Shown here: piece after piece, positions 58,758-64,000 of the stretch
Layout of the letters: the number at the start of each line of letters is the position of its first letter
Position numbering within the stretch: position 1 is the stretch's first letter
From: an uncultured Candidatus Saccharibacteria bacterium
Lineage (GTDB): Bacteria; Patescibacteriota; Dojkabacteria; SC72
Direction of reading: 5' to 3'
Length of the DNA: 64,000 nt
Assembly: GCA_964621195.1 (NCBI GenBank)
Contig: CAZULJ010000003.1
Span: 24,412 to 88,411, forward strand
Program-made: the position numbers and the translations under genes
The notes under the pieces: model-generated
Database searches by the model: none
Seen by the model: only the letters and a program-made list of their open reading frames with translations
What the model was told of the DNA's origin: nothing

Positions 58758-60212
58758 ATGGATAAAATTGACTTTGACAAATTTATAGAGGGAATACCAA
58801 AGCCTAATATAACAGATAGTAGAGTAGGTAATGTGGAAGAAATAGATACAGACGATGTATGGAAGATTGTTTCGGAAAATCTCAGGATGGCTCTTGATAA
58901 GGTGGAATACAAATCATGGTTTGGAGATACCTATTTGGAGAATATAAATAGTGGTGTGGCTACTTTCTCTTGTACTAGTGAGTTCAAGAAGAGCACTATA
59001 CAAAGAGATTTTAAAAATCTATTACAAAGTTGTCTTTTAAAAGCTACTGGGCAAAATCTTCAAATTGAGTTCTTTATAAAGACATCAACAAATCGGAAAG
59101 AGAATAGGTATGAATTTGTAAAACCTGCAAATGAAAATATTGATCTTTTTTCTGCATCTGAAAACGAACAACGTAAGTATCAAAGTGCCCTCAATAGCGC
59201 AAGATTAAACCCTAGGTATACATTTGATAGCTTCATCGTGGGTTCACAAAATAGGCTTGCAGAGGCATCTGCCCAGGCGGTAGTGCACGATTTGGGAAAG
59301 GCATATAACCCACTATTTTTCTACGGGAATACTGGTGTAGGTAAAACCCACCTTATGCAAGCAATAGGAAATGAGATCCTTAAGGCAGATCCAAACAAAA
59401 AAGTTGTTTATGTCTCAATAGAGCAGTTCTTAAATGAAATGATAGAGGCTATTAGAACAAAAAAGAACGAGGATTTTAGATCTAAGTATAGGGAGGTGGA
59501 CCTTTTAATGATTGATGATGTTCAATTTGTAGAAACTTACCCTAAAACACAAGAGGAGCTTTTCCATACATTCAATACGCTTTACCATGCAAACAAACAG
59601 ATAATCCTAGCTTCTGATAGACCACCAAAAGAAATTAGAAATATTGCCGATAGATTAAGGTCAAGGTTTGAAGGAGGAATAATAGCTGATCTACAAATGC
59701 CCGATTATGAGACTCGAGTTGCAATTCTAAAACAGGGGATGATTGAAAAGAACTTTGTAATTAGGGATGAGTATATCGAATTAATAGCTAAGAATATTGA
59801 TAGTAGCGTAAGAGAGTTGGAAGGAGCATTAAATAAAGTTATAACCCTTATGAGGCTAGGAGAGGAACCCTCTTATGAAGAGGTCGCAAGAATTCTACAA
59901 GTAGATATCGAAAGTAAACGTTTAAAGATTACTCCACAAAAAGTAATTAAATGTGTATCCACAGTCTTTGATGTTCCCGTATCAGATATTAAAGGTAGTA
60001 GAAGAACAGCATATATAGCTCTTACAAGACAGGTAGTAATGTATATATTAAGAAAAGAGCTTGATCTTCCGTTAGAGAGAGTAGCAAAAGAGGTTAATAG
60101 GAAGGATCATACTACAGTAATTCATGCATACAAACAAATTTCAGAAAGAGTTGAAAAAGATAGTAGATTCGCTGAAAAGATAGATCTTTGTAAAAGAGAG
60201 CTTTCAAAGTAG
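58758..60212 (+). CDS. dnaA: chromosomal replication initiator protein DnaA
   Basis: 484 aa. Walker A GNTGVGKTHL, Walker B LLMIDDVQF, C-terminal DNA-binding domain. Confidence 0.95.
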   Translation: MDKIDFDKFIEGIPKPNITDSRVGNVEEIDTDDVWKIVSENLRMALDKVEYKSWFGDTYLENINSGVATFSCTSEFKKSTIQRDFKNLLQSCLLKATGQNLQIEFFIKTSTNRKENRYEFVKPANENIDLFSASENEQRKYQSALNSARLNPRYTFDSFIVGSQNRLAEASAQAVVHDLGKAYNPLFFYGNTGVGKTHLMQAIGNEILKADPNKKVVYVSIEQFLNEMIEAIRTKKNEDFRSKYREVDLLMIDDVQFVETYPKTQEELFHTFNTLYHANKQIILASDRPPKEIRNIADRLRSRFEGGIIADLQMPDYETRVAILKQGMIEKNFVIRDEYIELIAKNIDSSVRELEGALNKVITLMRLGEEPSYEEVARILQVDIESKRLKITPQKVIKCVSTVFDVPVSDIKGSRRTAYIALTRQVVMYILRKELDLPLERVAKEVNRKDHTTVIHAYKQISERVEKDSRFAEKIDLCKRELSK

Positions 60213-60650
60213 CTGTGAATATGTAGTGGATAGCTGTGTATAACCTATGAACAAATAGGTATTACTCCACAAAAGGGGATGTGTTGTTATAAAAGGTTTT
60301 TATTAAAATTTCTTTTATTAACAATATATTAATATACACATACCTTAGGAACTTATCCGAAAGAGTACACATCTAATAGGGAAGTAAAGAAAATTTTTAG
60401 TAGTAGAGATTTTAGCAAGAATATGGAAAAGGATAACAACAAAACAATCTACATAGAAAATGTTAGCTTAAAAGTTTTATTAGAAAGATCTTTTAAATAG
60501 TAGTAGGGGAGTTATCGACATACCCACACTCCCTACTACTATGACAACTTAATATTTATAAAAGATAAAAGAGTAGAAAACTGTATAAAGATTAAGTAGA
60601 ATATAATATTTATACTGCCCATATACATAATATTTATTTTAGTAACTAAT
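60213..60650. other. putative oriC (dnaA-dnaN intergenic): DnaA-box-like 9-mers plus an AT-rich unwinding stretch
   Basis: AGTGGATAG at 60225-60233 (7/9 to TGTGGATAA), TGTGTATAA at 60235-60243 (8/9), TTATCGACA at 60512-60520 (8/9), TTATCCGAA (7/9) near 60353, and AT-rich tracts around 60290-60345. Confidence 0.6.
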
Positions 60651-61772
60651 ATGCAATTTACTTGTAATCAAGATACTTTTGCTAAGTATCTAAATATCAT
60701 AAGTAGGGTAGTAAGTAGCAAACCAGGATTACCAATATTAAACAATGTACAGTTCGAAAGTAGTAAGGGAAAGTTAATTCTTACAGCTACTGACTTAGAG
60801 ATTGGTGTGAATACATGGATTGGTGCGGATGTTAAATCTGAGGGTAAGATTACAGTTCCTGCAAAACAGTTAACCGAATTTGTAAATAGTGTTCCAGGAG
60901 AGATTGTAGATGTTACTTTAGACAATCAGAACTTTAATGTAACTAGTACGGGTAACTATGCGAGTTTTAATACTATGCCTGCTGATGATTTCCCTGCAGT
61001 AGCTTCTGTTGCTGACAAGAAGCCATTATTAAAAATATCAAAAGATCTTTTAGTTAAGGCTGTAAACAGAGTTGCTTTTGCTGCTGCTACAGATGATATT
61101 AAACCTGTATTAACAGGTATTCTCTTAGAAGCTGCAGGTGAAACTCTTTCTTTTGTCGGTACTGATGGGTTAAGACTCTCAAGACAAATCGTAAAACTTG
61201 ATGCTAATACTGAGAAAGATGTTAATGTTTTAGTCCCTGTAAAAGCTTTGATGGAACTTTCTCATATTGTATCTGAAGTCGGTGAGGACAATGTAATAGA
61301 AGTATATCTAATAGAGGATCGGAATCAGATTCTTTTTAGATATAGCGACATAGATCTTGTTTCTAGATTAATAGATGGGCAATTCCCAGAGTATAGACAG
61401 ATTATTCCTACCGGATATAAGACTCTTTCAAAAGTAAATAGATCAGAGTTTCTAAATTCCTTAAAGATTACAAATATTATTGCAAAGAGTGTCTTGGGTA
61501 ATAAACTAATATTAGATATTGATTCGAAGGAAGACAGTATAACACTCTCTGCTACACAAACAGACCTGGGTAGTAACAAAAGTACATTTAAGGGTTCTAT
61601 AGAAGGGGATCCACTCAAGATAGCTTTTAGTTCAAGATTATTATCAGACGTCTTAAACCATTTAGACTCCGAAGATATCCTTTTTGAGTGTAGCGAAACT
61701 GTTAAACCAGGAGTATTTAAGGTTGCTGATGATCCTGACTTTGTACATCTTGTGATGCCAATGATGCTTTAG
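60651..61772 (+). CDS. dnaN: DNA polymerase III beta sliding clamp
   Basis: 373 aa: MQFTCNQDTFAKYLNIISRVV..., three-domain clamp pattern. Confidence 0.9.
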   Translation: MQFTCNQDTFAKYLNIISRVVSSKPGLPILNNVQFESSKGKLILTATDLEIGVNTWIGADVKSEGKITVPAKQLTEFVNSVPGEIVDVTLDNQNFNVTSTGNYASFNTMPADDFPAVASVADKKPLLKISKDLLVKAVNRVAFAAATDDIKPVLTGILLEAAGETLSFVGTDGLRLSRQIVKLDANTEKDVNVLVPVKALMELSHIVSEVGEDNVIEVYLIEDRNQILFRYSDIDLVSRLIDGQFPEYRQIIPTGYKTLSKVNRSEFLNSLKITNIIAKSVLGNKLILDIDSKEDSITLSATQTDLGSNKSTFKGSIEGDPLKIAFSSRLLSDVLNHLDSEDILFECSETVKPGVFKVADDPDFVHLVMPMML

Positions 61773-62445
61773 GAGTTTTTCTCTCCTTAACTCTGTAGCC
61801 TTGGCCATGTACTGTTTCAATTAAAGATTTATTGGATATTTTATCCCTTATCCTTTTAATATGAACATCTACAGTATTAGAGCCTGTATAGCTCCTGTAA
61901 TCCCATACATGATCGAGGAGCTCACATCTACTTACCGTTCTATTCTTGTTTTTTACCAAATACTCAAGTAATTCGTACTCTTTCTTTCTTAACTCTACTT
62001 CTCTATTATTTATACTTATGCTTTTGTTTTGGGTATCTAGTAGTACATCTCCAATATATATCTTTGAATCTACATAATTGTTTGGCCTTCTAAGTATAGA
62101 TTGTATTCTTGCAAGAAGCTCCTGCATTGGAAACGGATAAGAGAGGACATCATCACCACCATTATTTAAAAAATTTACTTTATCTCTCCAATTCCCTGTA
62201 CTACAAATTCCCAATATCTTGCAATTACTATCCTTTATTCCTTTTATCTTTCTTAATATATCAAGAGTAGTATTTTTCCCTGCCAGGTTTGTATCTATTA
62301 TTAATACTTCAAATATTTTCCTTTTTACTAAGTTTTCACTACTAAAGTCTGAAGTATCCTCTGTCATATTATATCCGTATACCGAAAGACTCTTTTTTAT
62401 TAGATAGGAAATAATCTTAGATTTCTCTATAATTAATATATTCAT
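61717..62445 (-). CDS. OmpR/PhoB-type response regulator with an atypical receiver (orphan)
   Basis: C-terminal winged helix ELRKKEYELLEYLVKN...VWDYRSYTGSNTVDVHIKRIRDKI...TVHGQGYRV. The receiver keeps the phospho-Asp (LIIDTNL) and the Ser/Thr (CSTG), but has no acidic pair at the N-terminus and reads DVLSYPF where the conserved Lys-Pro belongs. No kinase is adjacent. The 3' end overlaps dnaN convergently by 56 nt. Confidence 0.7.
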   Translation of the reverse strand: MNILIIEKSKIISYLIKKSLSVYGYNMTEDTSDFSSENLVKRKIFEVLIIDTNLAGKNTTLDILRKIKGIKDSNCKILGICSTGNWRDKVNFLNNGGDDVLSYPFPMQELLARIQSILRRPNNYVDSKIYIGDVLLDTQNKSISINNREVELRKKEYELLEYLVKNKNRTVSRCELLDHVWDYRSYTGSNTVDVHIKRIRDKISNKSLIETVHGQGYRVKERKTPKASLASQDVQSQDHQQP

Positions 62446-62491
62446 ATCTACATATTTGTAAATTTAATCTCTAAGGATATTCGGAAAGAAA

Positions 62492-62890
62492 ATGGAAGAG
62501 AAAACTTATAGAGAAAGAAATATTAAATTCCTTGCTTCTCTTCTTTTTGTGAATATTTTCTCTGTTACTATTTTGTTGTATTTACTCTCAATTGGAACAT
62601 TCATACCCTTAAAGGAGAGTGGGGAGTATGACTGGATTAATATCTCTGTTTTCTCCTCTCTTCTCTTTGTATTCATATCCTCATCTATTACTCTTCTAGC
62701 ACTAGCCTTTTTGACTCTTGTTTTGAAAAAAGAAAACAGTGATCTTCTCAAGTTTTCAGTCTTTAAATTTGGTATCGTAATAACCCTTGGTATATTTCTG
62801 GTAATAATGTTAAATTTCTTCCATATTCTAGATATATATTGGGGTGCAGGTATACTTTTAGTCCTACTTCTACTCTCATTTGTTATCTGA
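62492..62890 (+). CDS. hypothetical 4-TM membrane protein
   Basis: 132 aa, strongly hydrophobic. Confidence 0.35.
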   Translation: MEEKTYRERNIKFLASLLFVNIFSVTILLYLLSIGTFIPLKESGEYDWINISVFSSLLFVFISSSITLLALAFLTLVLKKENSDLLKFSVFKFGIVITLGIFLVIMLNFFHILDIYWGAGILLVLLLLSFVI

Positions 62891-62914
62891 AATATAAAGC
62901 AATATAATAGGCGT

Positions 62915-63601
62915 ATGGGAGAGAAGAAAAATACAATTCAAAATGAAATCTCTGATATTTTCAAAATTATCTCTGGTGAAATAAATCTGAGAGAAAAAGA
63001 GGAAGAAATTCAAAAGATTAAAGAGCAAAAAGTAAAGGAGAAGAAGGCTGAAAAGAGGAAAAAGATTGCTTCAAAGGAGATTGTTTTAGAAGAGAGTGAT
63101 ATACAAACTCCAACGGTAGTACAAAATATCAAGCTTTTTGAATGGGAGGCCCCTGATAGGCATGATATGAAATTGGAGAATAGGAGATTTCTAATAATTC
63201 TAGCCTTAGGAATGCTCTTCATCCTCTTCTTAGCTATCTTGGGAAACTATTTTCTCATGGCAGCTGTAGTTGCTTTCCTCTTCTTCCTTTATGTTGCAAG
63301 TACAAACAAACCAGGAGTAGTAACACACAAGATCACTGCGAGAGGAATAGATATTGGCAATAGATTGTACGAATGGTTTATGCTTGATAACTTTTGGTTC
63401 TCAATTAAAGATGGGCAGTACTTTTTAATTGTAGAAACAAAGTTAAGGTTTCCTAGGGCCCTAGTAGTTCTTTTGGGAGAGGCAGATAAAGATGCTATTT
63501 TTGTTTTACTTCAAGAGAAGGTCTTGTACAAAGATCTTCGTAAACAAAGCTTCATAGACCGTATATCATACGGTGAATATATTCCTTTTGAGGAGATATA
63601 A
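62915..63601 (+). CDS. hypothetical membrane protein (Lys/Glu-rich coiled-coil N-terminus, two TM helices, C-terminal domain)
   Basis: 228 aa. No family recognised. Confidence 0.4.
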   Translation: MGEKKNTIQNEISDIFKIISGEINLREKEEEIQKIKEQKVKEKKAEKRKKIASKEIVLEESDIQTPTVVQNIKLFEWEAPDRHDMKLENRRFLIILALGMLFILFLAILGNYFLMAAVVAFLFFLYVASTNKPGVVTHKITARGIDIGNRLYEWFMLDNFWFSIKDGQYFLIVETKLRFPRALVVLLGEADKDAIFVLLQEKVLYKDLRKQSFIDRISYGEYIPFEEI

Positions 63602-63622
63602 ATTCCTTTTAATAATGTATAA

Positions 63623-64000
<378 letters not shown>

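Overview
Annotated by eye from the six-frame ORF track and the raw sequence; no searches or tools were run. The window is AT-rich, protein-dense chromosomal DNA. Full-length proteins read through under the standard genetic code. The gene content points to a small-genome Patescibacteria/CPR-like bacterium: minimal MetRS and ValRS, a short YidC, multiple O-antigen-ligase/TPR membrane proteins, PEGA and RodZ-like proteins, and few Shine-Dalgarno sequences.

It spans the replication origin, with rpmH-rnpA-yidD-yidC-jag on the minus strand diverging from dnaA-dnaN on the plus strand. DnaA boxes sit in both flanking intergenic regions.

Other core blocks:
- rpoB-rpoC-rpsL-rpsG, ending at a terminator with no fusA/tuf.
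- groES-groEL and hrcA-grpE-dnaK, each preceded by a CIRCE-like inverted repeat.
- A thymidylate/one-carbon operon: folD-glyA-thyX-dcd-sufS. Its ThyX looks like a tandem two-domain protein.
- ftsK, a RodZ-like gene, dnaG, rsmA, rpoD, metG, valS and RNase J.
- Three tRNAs: Arg-TCT, Ser-GGA and Ser-CGA.

Less ordinary content:
- (a) A SprT/DUF45-like HExxH metalloprotease followed by an XRE-HTH repressor with a possible S24-like C-domain and a perfect palindrome at its start.
- (b) An envelope cluster: a 150-aa membrane protein, an MraY/WecA-like transferase, a PEGA protein, and a 1005-aa protein fusing an epimerase-like N-domain, a TM segment and a large extracytoplasmic domain.
- (c) Orphan PilN-/PilO-like genes.
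- (d) An FtsA homolog co-oriented with a 606-aa bitopic protein instead of ftsZ.
- (e) An orphan OmpR-type response regulator with an atypical receiver, overlapping dnaN convergently.
- (f) At the right edge, the 3' end of a serine-recombinase-like gene reads antisense through tRNA-Ser(CGA). This may mark the boundary of an integrated element.

No CRISPR array, rRNA or transposase was seen. Most plus-strand ORFs in the track that lie inside the large minus-strand genes (and vice versa) are antisense artefacts.
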